DNA of 62,418 nt, counting the filler, from Vannella sp. (lineage: Eukaryota), in assembly GCA_023345925.1 (NCBI GenBank). It is 6 parts of 6 records of this genome, joined end to end, with 100 filler letters (N's around TTAATTAATTAA, not from the genome) between each part and the next. Parts side by side here need not be neighbours in the genome. Positions count along the whole stretch, not along the records: positions 25,962 to 39,240 come from JAJQQN010000658.1; positions 39,341 to 47,575 come from JAJQQN010000848.1; 4 more parts are not named here. The stretch is one strand, 5' to 3'. The stretch's first letter is position 1; every line of letters starts with the position of its first letter. Below, in pieces: positions 32,001-44,000 of the stretch. A program made the translations under genes and the position numbers. The notes under the pieces were generated by a model that searched no databases, was not told the origin of the DNA, and was given only the letters and a program-made list of their open reading frames with translations.

Positions 32001-35000
32001 TTCAGCATCCAATATCTGGCAAAGATAGCGCACTGGCAATTCATCGTGGAAGTTAGTTCGCTTGTTAGATAAATATCTAGAGAGCGAGCCTTCCAGTCTA
32101 ATACGGTGAAAGCTTGGTCCGATTGTAAAGAAATGAATTGCCGGATACTGCCTTCGTAGTTCTCAGGAGTCAATCGCAATTGGATTCTATCGAAGCGAGG
32201 CACTAAGAAACACTCCATAACTTCACCTCTTTGGAGTGTCCGACGGACTAATGGCGCTTGGTCATCATCGGGAGGGGGAGTGGAATCCTCATCTGAACTC
32301 ATTAATGAAGAAGCAAGCACATTTGTGGGGAACACCTCCAGACAGAGAGGCACAGCCAAGAGATTGTCAAAGAGAAGAGGAGGACAGATTGTGAAAACAT
32401 CTCGCCTCTCTCCTTGAGTGCGGTGGATTTGGAAGAACCAAAGTTGCTGAGAAACAGAGTTCTCTCTCGGCAGACACTTCATCACAAAGGGAAGGTTTCC
32501 TTTGGATCCGCATTCAATACTCTCTCGGGACCACATGACAGACTCGTCTGGTCGCACAAGAATCTGGCTCGATTGCGAGCAATGAAGGGGAATATAGAAA
32601 GTCTCTCCACTGGGGACTGTTTCTAGCATCTCAAAGTTATCGACTGAGCGGCGCACAGAAAGTGTCAGAGGAATTCTGCAGGAATTGTGGACGGACGTGT
32701 TGGATCTAACAACAATCTCCCGTTGATTGTAATGCAATTGAACGTCCCATTCAAGGCGAGGGGCGGTGATAAGTGCTTCTGAGGAGCTAGAGAGGGCATC
32801 CCTCTGTTGTAAAGAGACAACCCAAGATCCTGCCCGATGGAGAGGCAGATGCTCAATTGGTTTCCAGTAAGTAGCGTTGCCACTGGTGGTCAGCATCTGA
32901 ATACTAATGGAATGCACATTCCTGTGGAACACCTCTTCGTCCTCGCGATCGATGGAGTGGAAGAGGCTGTCATTCAGAATAGTGGCAGTTCCTCCTGCCT
33001 TCAAATGAACACGATGACGGCTGACAGCCCCGTCTACAAGGTAAGTTAGCGGCAATCCGGAGTCATTGCGCAGTGTAATTGTACTCGTCGCTCGTTGGTA
33101 ATCTAACTCAGATAGATGAAGCGATAGATCCTCTCTCCATGCCGCTGAGGTGGTCAACATTGTATCAATCACTGTTTTGGTCAAATTCACTTTCACAACC
33201 TCTTCTGAGCGGAACAGAACGTTCGTACTAAAGACAGGAGGGGAGCTTTGGTCCAAAAGTACCTTTCCAATCTCGACTGAGCTGTGCCAAGTCTCCAAAA
33301 GAGGCTCCCAGCTTGATTTCAATCGATTGTAGTAATCTGCCTGAGACTTGAATGTGATAGAAGAGTGGAATGCATGTCCCCAGTCAGTAATTGTGGAGGA
33401 GACTCCGTGGATTCTGAAATTGGCCAAAGGAATGTTACTTCCGCTCATATCATCTACCACAGTAATGCAAACCCCTCCGATGGTCACTGTCAGAGCCTGA
33501 TGCGGATGCTCAGGGTGCAGAATGTGCTTTTGAGCTTTGTTTTTCATCGTTTGACGTCTGGAGGGAGCAGGAATCTTCGATTGGCGAGGAGAAAGCGGCG
33601 TTAATTCCTTGTTTTCAGTTGGTTGTTGTAGGATGTCATCATTTGTGGACTTTTGAGGTGGTGCAGCATGCTGGGCTATCGCCGTGATGAACTTGAGATC
33701 TCGGTAAGAGATCGTCACATAGAGTGGCTCAATCACAACATCTACTTCAACAGAGTTGGGAGATATGTCGATACTACTGAGGAAGCTATTTGGTTTGATA
33801 ATGCGAGATACTGGAGTGACGTACTCGCCACCGTATTTACAAGAGCTCAACTCTAATTGCTCCACAAAGGCTTGAATGTTGATTGTACCAGCTTCGGATG
33901 AACGGACTTGTGCTCCCAAATTCCCCTTCAGGATGATGCCGTAGCTAGTTTCTACTTTTGTGTCTGCAGGAAAACTGACAGTCAACTGATTCACTTCAAC
34001 CTCGACCTTTTTCGGTGCCTTCTCCATGGTGGCTCTTTCTTGAACGATAGGTACTTGTACTCCTCTTTGCTTTGCTGCCCGAGCTGAAAAGGCGCGAGCT
34101 ACAGCACTGGATGGAGACGGTCGATGAATTGCATCCAGTATTGGAGCAGGGAGAAGAGTTCTGAAGCGTGAGGAGCTGGAAAAGTCTTTCGCATAATACA
34201 ACAGGTTTGGGATAAGAGTGAATTGTGGTTCACTAACTACCAGAGCAAGATGAAGTAGTTCTTGACTCGATTCGAGCTTTACAAAAGTACCGCAATCTGT
34301 ATCCCCTCCACATCTGAGGAAGTGCTTATGTCCATTCTGCGACAAGCCATTGGTATCAACGATGACCCATTCCCTGATGGAAAGGTAAAGCCTTGTTGAA
34401 TCGCTTAATGTGCCAGAGCAAGAGATTCTCTTGGCGCATGCAAGAATCCTTGAATTCAACGGGTTTCCCTCAACTGAGTAGCTTTCAAAGAGTTCCACGC
34501 CGACACTTTCGACCTGAATGTGGAGAGCCAAAGAAATAGTTTCGCCCTTATCCGCTGATAAGGGCGCCGTGTCAGGAGCTGAGCGGCACTCACTGCTGTT
34601 GTTAACGGGAAAGCGGTGCTTCGTACGAACAGTAAATTCGCTTGAGAGCTGCGCTCCAACGTTGACTAGCGTTACAAAGGAGTCAGGCGTCAGTTTAAGC
34701 AGAAGTGGGGGAATGGTTGCAGTTATCTTGGCCTTGGGAACGAGGAGGGAAGGGTTCTCGAAGACCTTCTCTATTATTACCACAGCTTCTCCTATCTCCA
34801 GGAATCTTCCTGCGCATTGAACAGGAAGAGAGCCGACATTTGCATACCCAGAATGCAACAAGAGATGCGTTTGAACCAAAAGAACGTCACATTCTCCATC
34901 TGGAGCTCTGACAATGATCTGCTGATTGGTTAAAGTCATCGGTCCGAGGCAAAGATGCACCATTTCTTGAGAGAGAGAATTTTGGGGGAGGTAGATATGC

Positions 35001-38000
35001 ACGGACTCGACATGCACGTTAAACAGCACCAAACTCTTGAATCGGTCCAATCCACTTTGCTTTGGACTGGTGCGAAGATCAATTTCTGGTGCAGGTGTGG
35101 GAACAGTTCCTTCTGGAGCCACTTCTAAAATCTCTTGCAGACAGGACATTTCGTCAAAGTATTGAATCAAATCAAAGATGATATCAGGCAAGAGAACGAA
35201 TGAAAGAGGTCGGACACGGACAGCCACTTTCGATGAGTAGCCCGGATAGTTTTCGTATTGACTATTGTGTTGGACAATCTGTAGGAGAAGCACGTCCTCA
35301 GTAGTCTGATTGTATTCATCACGAGAATGTAACAAATCGTGGGGCAGATCAGAATTTCCTTGGAGATAAATAGACCCAAGAGCGGCACGCAAAGAAAGTT
35401 CAGTTTGCTTCGCTTCAGCGCTGAATCGGAAATTCGTTATTCCCGCAGCTGCAAGAGACTTTCCTGAGTCATTGAGAAGGAGGTGAATTCCCATCACAGA
35501 GAGACGAATCTTAAGCTTGACATTAGTATCCGTTGGCTTCTTCAAAGGAACTGGTTGTCTCTCAGTGTGTGGAGATAGAGATTGCTTCAAATATCCATCT
35601 TCTGGCAAATCAAAGAACTCTTCATCACTACTGAATGACTGTTCTCCGCTGGGACTTTCAATCAAAAGAGGTGCCGAGTTTTGATGAGGTTTTGCTCTGT
35701 GAGTGAGAGCTTTCACGCTCTGAATGAGGCAGACGATAGTTTCTCGGTTCCAAGTGATGAAAATGCTTTCAAATTTGATATCAACGAATAAGTCCACTCC
35801 CCTATAGTGCGACGCTCTGTTATCCCGAAAGATTTCCAACACCATCTGGAAAAGTGGTGGGGAGAATCCCTTTGAAGGGTCTTCAGACGAGATGAGATAG
35901 TTGAATTTGGGGCCATCTTGTTGCATACGATCTCGAACAGAGAAACTGTTTAGCCCTGCCAAAACTGTCAGATCCAGAGAGCGTAACATCATCTCGAGTG
36001 AGAGCTCCTCTGCACAAGCCACTATAATTGGATCAAAGGCTCGGTCCAGACTTAAGAGTGTTAGGGTGGCCCTCTCCAAGCAGATGTAGATCTCCAAAAG
36101 TCTCTCGTTGGCTAAGCTGTAGTCAAGGCTTTTTGTTACTTCTTGACCTGAATCTATTGGACTGACTTGACCCACAAGGGGAGCATCTGAAGTTGCATCT
36201 TCAAGCTTGGGTGGAGAAGAAATCACTAGGCTGGAGACTATCTTGTCCACCAAATCTGCCAATTGATTGACTCCATCAACGCTGATATTCGCCCGCAGAG
36301 ACGAAGATCTGACAGACACTCTCAGCTTTGGTAGTTGTTCAGAAGGAGGACATAATGAAGCATCAATTTTCATGGCAATATCGAATTCCTCCAACAATGG
36401 ATACCCAGACCTCTTCTCGAACGTAGGAAAGAATGGAACATTTTGCGAGCCCTCAGTAAAGATTTGGGCAGACGCTCCTTTCAGAGAGATTGAAAATCGA
36501 TCGTATAAGTGATCTTGGAGGCGCTCTCTTTGCAGATCATGCTTCGAGGAAGCCTCTGACTGGATGAATAGAGTACCTAGATCTACAACTAGCATCGTGG
36601 AGTGGCAATCAGCAGCATCTTGGATCAAGATAATTCTTGGAGCACGAGTTTCGATTGAAATGAATACCTTTCGGTGTTCTTCTAAGAGATGGCGGGCGTG
36701 AATATAGCTGATACGACGGATAGATTCAACTTTCTTCTCAATCTGTGCTTGAATTTTGGTTGATGACCGGTTTTGGGTTTTGGAGACAAGCTGAAGTACG
36801 CGGGATACGAGAGCAGGCTGAATAATGATGTCGCTCCCTCCCATTTGGGCAACCAAGTGTACATCATGTGGACTGCTCGATGGATTAACCTCATAGCAAA
36901 TAGAGAAGAAGTTCTCGTAGTCGTGCTGAGTCGTTGGCTTCCCAATAATTGGATAGAGGCTGTCCACAGTGCAAAAGTCTCGTAGCTCGAAAGTTTGTAG
37001 ATCAACCTCCAGCTGATTGCATGTCAGAATTTTGGAGGGATCCCTCGAATAACGCACCTTGCTTGAAACGGGCTGCTTAACCAAAGTTAAGGTGAGACCT
37101 GATAAGTTACCTTCGACGATGGGAACCCTCTCCTCACCAACAGCCCCCAGTAATGTGAATTGGATGTTTCCGAAAGTGCATTCGTGCCGACTGAGAATGA
37201 CCTGAAGGTTTCATGTAAGAACTTCAAAGCGCCCGAGGAAAGAGCCAACCTTGAGAGGAGAATCGATCTCCGCTTCCACATATCCAATTGACTCGAAAAA
37301 TGATTCCCGTTCGGATTGCGAAAGCTTTGAACTTTCTTCTACAACCTTTGCTTGAATATCAGCTGTCTCTGTGGTCATCGAGGATGAGAAAAAGGAAGCT
37401 CCCCAACCCCACCAGCCGCTGGTGACTGCTCCAGAATATCCGGGTAAGATATTAGGGGGTAACTGAGACTCGGCCTGTATGCGGAATAAGGAAATGTCAT
37501 CAAAAGAAAGCTCCCTCTCGAGTTGCTTCAAGCGAGCTGAAAGAGGCTGTTGGGGATGACGCATTTTGGACTTCCAAAGTAGGATATACTCCAACCGGTT
37601 TCGTCGACGGCGTACCAACCAATCTCCCTTAAAAAGGCGTCGATGCTGTTGAATGGGCCGAAGCTTCGCTTCAATCAAAAATTTCCAAAACCGGATTGGG
37701 TCGGTTGCTGGAGTGTGAAGCAGAGGACGGTACACTCGATATTTCTTTCTAAGGCGGAAGATAGCTATCTGATCATTCAGCTGCATAATTTGCCCTAGCT
37801 GAGATTCGCTTAAGTGTACTTGAAGAGTCTCCACAAGGACAGAGACAACTTGCCCCGGGATTGTTTCACCTGGCCGACTTCTGTTGATTTGGATTACAGA
37901 GGAGAAGGATAAAGGTTTGATGATGTAGTGGAGAGCGCCAAGGAGATTAGGATTATGTATGAGCTTCCTCATGTTATCTTTGAATGCCTCAGGTCCATCC

Positions 38001-38680
38001 ACAGAAGGGAGAGGAAGGCTATCAAACATTCGATCATTCCAATAGAGCCCCATCTCGTTCATGGTAAGGAGTTTGTGAATAAAGTGACTATCCAGTAAGC
38101 CTTCTTGAGTGCATAATCCCGCTGCTTTGAGAGTGAATCCGGCTGCATATTGATTTGATGAGTCCTCAAGGCGGATATGTACGTCATCTATAAAGATCTC
38201 AAGATTCTCAAGCAATCGCGTGAGCAATCTGGATGACAAAGGCTCAGATCGATCTCCCCCAACGGCCACTTGATCTTCCTCAGAAGGAGAAGCCAGCGCC
38301 CTTCTTTTCTCTTCTTTGAGGGCTTCCAGCTTTGCTAATCTCTTCTGCTTCTGCCTCTGATCATCCTCCGCTGCTGTATCAGCGTCATAAGAGTTCTCCC
38401 TGCGCCGAGGCCTAAGGAGCAAGTGCAAGTCTGATAGACGCAGAACTGTTGGTTGGGAGAAGAGGCTCCGCCAGGGAATGATCACTTCCAGGGCCCCAAG
38501 TAATCCTCCAGCCAATTCAAAGGGGATGTCAAGAGACTCCACTGCCGATGACTTCACCTGTAAGTTCGTGAAACGAGTTCGGCCTGCCCACACTCCAATG
38601 GAGAGGGAGTCGCCCCGCAACCCTTCAACAAAGTCCCCAAGAACCTTTGTGAGGAGATCTGCGACGACCTGCTCAAGCAT
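29005..38680 (-). CDS. VPS13: VPS13-family bridge-like lipid transfer protein (~3.2k aa, three exons)
   Basis: Chorein-N MLEQVVADLLTKVLGDFVE..LSIGVWAG, YYNRLKSSWEPLLE, VAB repeats, DIIGNPV, ATG2_C-like Gly-rich helices, RLRPPR. Introns ~37202-37250 and ~29286-29337. Confidence 0.95.
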
Positions 38681-38784
38681 CCCGCAAAATGCTAATTCCT
38701 GGAAGAGGCTAAAATGTGCGAAGAAAGAAGGACGGAACTCAGATTAATTGAAATGATAGGAAAAAAAAGATCAGGAACAAATAA

Positions 38785-38865
38785 TGCAAGCTGTGGGATT
38801 TGAACCCACGAACCCGGAGGACCACGACCTGAACGTGGCGCGTTTGACCACTTCGCTAAACTTGC
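38785..38865 (-). tRNA. tRNA-Leu, anticodon CAG
   Basis: Acceptor GCAAGTT/AGCTTGC+A, D-arm with TGGTCAAA, anticodon stem CCACG/CGTGG with loop TTCAGGT, long variable arm, T-loop GGTTCAAATCC, downstream T-run Pol III terminator. Confidence 0.96.
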
Positions 38866-38946
38866 CTTTTTCCTGTAGAATCGCCTATGTCACCAAGCAA
38901 GGAAGCTGACACGTCGTTTCCTGTACAGGAAAAAGGCAAGTTTAGC
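38855..38946. repeat. Perfect 23-bp inverted repeat with 46-nt spacer, overlapping the tRNA 5' end; contains a 16-bp palindrome
   Basis: GCTAAACTTGCCTTTTTCCTGTA (38855-38877) and TACAGGAAAAAGGCAAGTTTAGC (38924-38946); TTTCCTGTACAGGAAA palindrome at 38917-38932. Confidence 0.95.
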
Positions 38947-39240
38947 AAGCTTGGTACTCATCGATGTTGACTGGGAGGCGAGATTGGCGGTTTAAGCGGT
39001 ATCTTTCGAGAGGTCCAAACAGTTCGTCGTCTGAATCCCTCAAAGAGTTGGCTTGGCGGAAGACTTGGAGTTGATCAGCCCTCAAGAGTGTTGTAAAGTA
39101 CAACTGCCGCTCTTCCACGATACTCTAGCAACTGGATGAAGTTGCGTTGGATCAGAGCGGAGCCCAGGAAGGCGCCCCAAGGCGGACTCGGCTGCGGTTT
39201 GAGCGATCTTCCAGCCTTCTGTGATAGTCCTGATACGTTG
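38942..39240 (-). CDS. Probable last exon(s) of an unidentified gene truncated by the contig end
   Basis: After acceptor TTGCTAG the frame reads SIVEERQLYFTTLLRADQLQVFRQ...NIDEYQAC*, with stop at 38942-38944. Confidence 0.45.
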
Positions 39241-39340
39241 NNNNNNNNNNNNNNNNNNNNNNNNNNNNNNNNNNNNNNNNNNNNTTAATTAATTAANNNN
39301 NNNNNNNNNNNNNNNNNNNNNNNNNNNNNNNNNNNNNNNN
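39241..39340. other. Artificial contig-joining spacer
   Basis: N-TTAATTAATTAA-N linker. Confidence 0.98.
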
Positions 39341-40355
39341 TGGACGAGATGCGCACTTAAAACTTCAATCAATATATTATAATGAATCAATTGCGATAAA
39401 TAAAAGCTGAAAATTCGAGAAAAGAAGGAGCAGCTAGGGTTTCTTCCAGCACGAAGAGGAAGCTTTGAATGCTATTTATTATTAAAGGATCACACTAAGA
39501 GTCAAATAGTCTTCCCTTTCGCGAAAGAGCCGACCCGAACACGGACGTATCCAGCTAGATCAGTGGTGCACTTCGATTGCCCAACCCAAGTGCATCCGAA
39601 GCAACCACGACACCAGCACCCTCTATAAGGTTGGAATTAGCGACCCAAACCCTCATCATAATCACCCAATAATGGTTCCACTCCGGAACCTGATTGAGGT
39701 GATCTATGGTGTTAAACTATGGGAGGCAGAGCATGAGGCAGAACGTTCCAGCACTTCGTTCAGTACTACTCAGTACTCCTTCTTGTAGCCTAAGCCAATA
39801 AGACGGAGCCGCTTAGACCATTCAACCAAACCGCAGAGCCAGATCGCACGGAGAGAGGTGCGACTAGCGGAAGGCGTAAAGAAAAAGGACTAATAATGAG
39901 AAAATCCATGAGGCCAGGCGACCACCTGCGCAACGAGGACCTTTTCATCATTGAGCTTCTTCTAGTGCTCCTAGCTGATGTATCTTCGAACTATTCACTC
40001 AAGTGCACCATTCCTGTCACCATCCGTCTTCTCTCCTCCCATCCACACGTTATCCGCTGGTTCGCAGAAGGAAACGGCATACGATGCTTACTTGAAGTGA
40101 TGTCTCACTTCTACGACACGTCTCTGCGATCGGTCGCTCAGCCTCCTCGATTCTCTCAATGGCTGTTACAAGTTTTTTCTCTTTTGCCTGTGATGGCCTC
40201 TTGCAGCCAAGTTTTCTGACAATTTGTCGATGTGGATATCTTTTTTATTCCAGCATACGAACTAATTCATCGGAGCTGAAAGGTTGAAAGGTCTCCTGCG
40301 GTCTCCGGTAACAAGCTTCCAGAAGTCCACTTTTTTCTGTCGCCTCGTCTTGACC

Positions 40356-40835
40356 ATGTCGAAAAGAAACATTGCCAGCATCGCTGTGAAGACTCCTTTG
40401 GGGGGCGAGAAGCTGATCGCCAACTATGCGGGCCAAGTACTTCTGATTGTCAACGTGGCTTCTTACTGCGGGTACACAAAGCAGTACAAAGGACTTGAAG
40501 CACTCTATCAGAAACTCGGCCCTCAAGGATTCAAAGTTCTCGCCTTCCCGTGCAATGATTTTGGAGGACAAGAACCCGACAGCAACGAGGAGATCGCTGC
40601 CTTTTGTGAGAAGAACTACGGTGTTACCTTCGAACTATTCGATAAGGTCAAGGCCAAGGGACCAAGCAAGCATCCTCTTTATGCAGAGTTAGTCCAGACC
40701 GCCCCAGCTGGTGAAGTGCAGTGGAACTTTGAGAAGTTCCTCATCAACAAACAAGGAGACGTTGTGGGCCGCTTTCCCAGTGGCAAGACTCCCGAAAGCC
40801 TTGAAGGTGCAGTACTTGCTGAACTCTCAAAGTAA
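40356..40835 (+). CDS. Cys-type glutathione/thioredoxin peroxidase (GPx family), intronless
   Basis: VNVASYCGYT (TGC Cys at 40467), LAFPCNDFGGQEP, WNFEKFL. Confidence 0.96.
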   Translation: MSKRNIASIAVKTPLGGEKLIANYAGQVLLIVNVASYCGYTKQYKGLEALYQKLGPQGFKVLAFPCNDFGGQEPDSNEEIAAFCEKNYGVTFELFDKVKAKGPSKHPLYAELVQTAPAGEVQWNFEKFLINKQGDVVGRFPSGKTPESLEGAVLAELSK

Positions 40836-41008
40836 AAAGACCAATGCTCCCCCTTCGTTCTGCTTCTTACCTCCGAAAGAGTTAAGTTAAGGGCGAGTTC
40901 TTTCATTGATTCGGCAGCTTCTTCTACTTTACTAAAACTGAACCCCTTTTCCGTCTTGTAATCCTCAAACTGGGTTCTCAAATAACAAGTTGGTTACTTT
41001 AGTGAAAC

Positions 41009-44000
41009 CTACAAACGAGAACGGAAAGAGAGGGTTGGGCGGCCGCAAGCCTCCAAGATACGATCGGGAGTCATGGGAATGTTGAGAATAAAGAAGTCCT
41101 GCAAATCGTTCTCTTCTCTTGCAGCCCTGATGGCATCACGTAATGCCAATCCAGCGGAGTTGGCCAGAACAAGAGGAGGTTCACCAGAAGCCTTGCTGCT
41201 TAGGAAGCCTTTTTCGTAAGGAGCATTCGACAATAACTCGACATTAAACACTTGAGGGATGTCACGGAAACTTGGAGGCTTATACTCCCATGTACCGTCA
41301 TTAATGAGCTTGCCTTCAGCTGTGTAACGAACTTCTTCCCGGAACAAGCGACCCAACCCCATTACAAATGCACCTTCAGCCTGACCAATATCGATTGCCG
41401 GATTCAAGGACTTTCCACAATCATAAATCATGTGTGACATGAGAATCTCTACCTCTCCAGTAATGACGTCAAGTTCAACAACACTCACGCATCCTCCATA
41501 GTTTTGATAAGTCTTTCCTCCTTCGACAAATCCGAATGAGGACATGTTGATTCCATCACCAGCAGCCCTAGCACAGATGCTCAACCAATTGATGGGAATG
41601 AGCTCTTCTCCTTTCTGCTTCTTGTCAGCATTTTCCTCCTCCAGTACCCGTTTGACCAAGGCAAAGCGGCTCACAATCTCACTCGCAGCATTATGAGCAG
41701 ACTCACAAGAGCCCTCGGAGCTGGTAGATCCCCCAGTGAAAGTAACATTGGGGAGGGCATGTGAGTCAAGATCAACACAGCGCATTATGTTGATATCCAC
41801 GGGCTTTGGAGGGTTGAATAACTCTCCTAGTTTGTTAGAGACAGCTTGCTGCACTTTGATGTGTGCACCTTGACCCATATCAGCCGTACTGTGGTGAATG
41901 ACAATCGATCCGTCTTCATAACAGTTGACCAGACTCGGGCGAGGATAGAGACTAACTTGGTAGCGAACAGGAGCCTTTGAAATCCCACGTTTCTTCCACC
42001 GGTTGTTTGCATTATATTCTGCGACAGCTTGACGCAAGAGAGGCTCATTAGTCTTCTTTGATAGTTCACTGAAGATTCTGGGGACTGTGAAATGGTCCAT
42101 AGGAACGGTGCTAGGAAGGATTTTGCCAGCCTTTGCTTCTGTTTCATTTAAGAAGTTAAGTTCTCTGATTTCCTCCACAGGTTTCCCCAAAGAATGAGCA
42201 ATGTGCTCAAGAATAGTCTCCATACACCATGAGGCCTCAAGCTCACTCGGACCTCTGACAGCTGTTCGAGAGGAAGAGTTGGTCTGGAACAATTGGCTTT
42301 CCAAAAAGAACTTTGGAAGATCATATGCCTGTGAGAAGGCAATGACAAATGCATTGTTGCAAAACATACTGATATCTTGCACTAACCCACTGTTTAAGTC
42401 GGCTCGCACCTTCAGAGCAGTAATCTTTCCACGCGCATCAAAGCCAACATCATAGCTCATGTCAATCTCTTCTCGACCCCCGGCAAATCGCATGTCTTGA
42501 TTCCGACCAACAGCCAGTCTGACTTCACGCCCAACTTTGTGTGCAGCGATGGAGACAGCGGCGGCAACAGTAATGGAGTGGATAATCTTTCCTCCAAAGG
42601 CACCTCCCATTCGTCGGCACACGAGTTTGATCTTATTATGAGGCAAGCCCATCACGGCGGAGACACCTTGAGAAACGCCTTTCGGGAACTGGTTTGCAGA
42701 ATGAAGAATGAGGCTTCCATTCTCATCAATGCGGGCATTTGCAACATGAGGCTCCATGTAAAAATGAAGCTGAGAGTCGAGAATGATCTTTCCAGACAGT
42801 CGATAATCAGATTGTTCAACCGCTGCAAGAACAGAAGCTTCGCTGCTCTCACCAGAATAGGTGCTCTTAGCTTCACCCCTGAAATCAAGACCGGCGGCCT
42901 TTGCATCAGCAGTAGAGAGGATTGGCCTCTCCTTCTTGTAGGTAACTTTCACCAACTTCGCGGCAGCTTCAGCGTGGCGTTGAGTATCGGCGATGATCAA
43001 GCCCATAGGTTGACCGTGATAGCAAATCTTCTTATCAGCAAAAACAGGATGATTCTCGCCAGTCACACTCGCATTGTTTTGACCAGGTGCGTCAGCGCCA
43101 GTCACCCAATCAATAACACCAGGGGCTGCTAGTGCTTCTGAGACATCAATAGAGATGACCTCTGCATTAGCCACATCACTGGTAAAGAAGGCTCCGAACA
43201 CACAATTTCCAGTAGGCATGTCATCAATAAACTCTGCATCACCAGAAGCGAGATTCAAGCCACCAGAGCGGCCAATTGGTTCACTAACAGGAAGATGCTC
43301 TCCAGTGACGGTGAATTTTTGAGAGCCTTTGCTGGTGGGACGTGTTTTGAACAGGTCAAGGGCTGCGGATTGAAAGCTTGGGTGGACATTGATTTGAGAG
43401 ACAAAGAACTTGTAGAAAAAGGAGCTGACCAGCTGCTGGCGTGTTGCCTTCTTCTCCTCATCCTCAATGATGATTTCGCTTTTCAACACTTGCAATGCTT
43501 CATGAAGTGTCTGCTCACAAAGACTCTTTCCTTTCAGAAATTGTTCGGTGCGCGAAGCAAGAATAGGGCGAGATCCTGGAACGTCACACTGAAGCACTCC
43601 TCCAAAGGCCAAAGTGACATCTTTGATGATATCACCCTCTCGAGTTAGGAGAAAGGCAGCGTTAATGAGTGCATGGGCATTCACAGGCCGTACAGCAGTC
43701 TTATATGAGTTGAAAGTTTGATTGAATCCCAAAAGGGGGATCTCAATAGAACGAATGAGTTCGCCGCGCCACTCAGGATACGACAAGAACTCATCCACTG
43801 TAACTTGGCGAATGTTAGTGGCAGACTGGAGTACAACAAAAGATCTTGCTCCAAGCATAACGGTAGCTAGATCTGAAAGAAAGCCTCTGGACTTGGCTAG
43901 GGCTAGATTGCCTGCAATCGAGCCGACATTCCGGACGTGCTTGTTCGCAATACGTTCCAAATGGGTGATCAAAGCAGACAAATACGCCTTGTTGTTTTCT

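Noticed and set aside
38785..38865. tRNA with CAG anticodon as a sign of CUG reassignment
   Set aside because: Discriminator A and overall structure fit ordinary tRNA-Leu; conserved Leu positions in proteins translate normally.
38947..39240. tRNA-targeted retrotransposon upstream of the tRNA
   Set aside because: No LTR, poly(A), RT or integrase motifs are visible; the sequence looks like an ordinary last exon and the contig ends.
39557..39660. Box C (ATGATGA) and box D (CTGA) on the minus strand suggesting a snoRNA
   Set aside because: No convincing terminal stem or recognisable rRNA-complementary guide; such short motifs occur by chance.
39896..40219. 107-aa ORF upstream of GPx
   Set aside because: No recognisable motif or splice partners; cannot tell a gene fragment from chance.
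40467..40469. Possible selenocysteine in GPx
   Set aside because: The active-site codon is TGC (Cys); no in-frame TGA.
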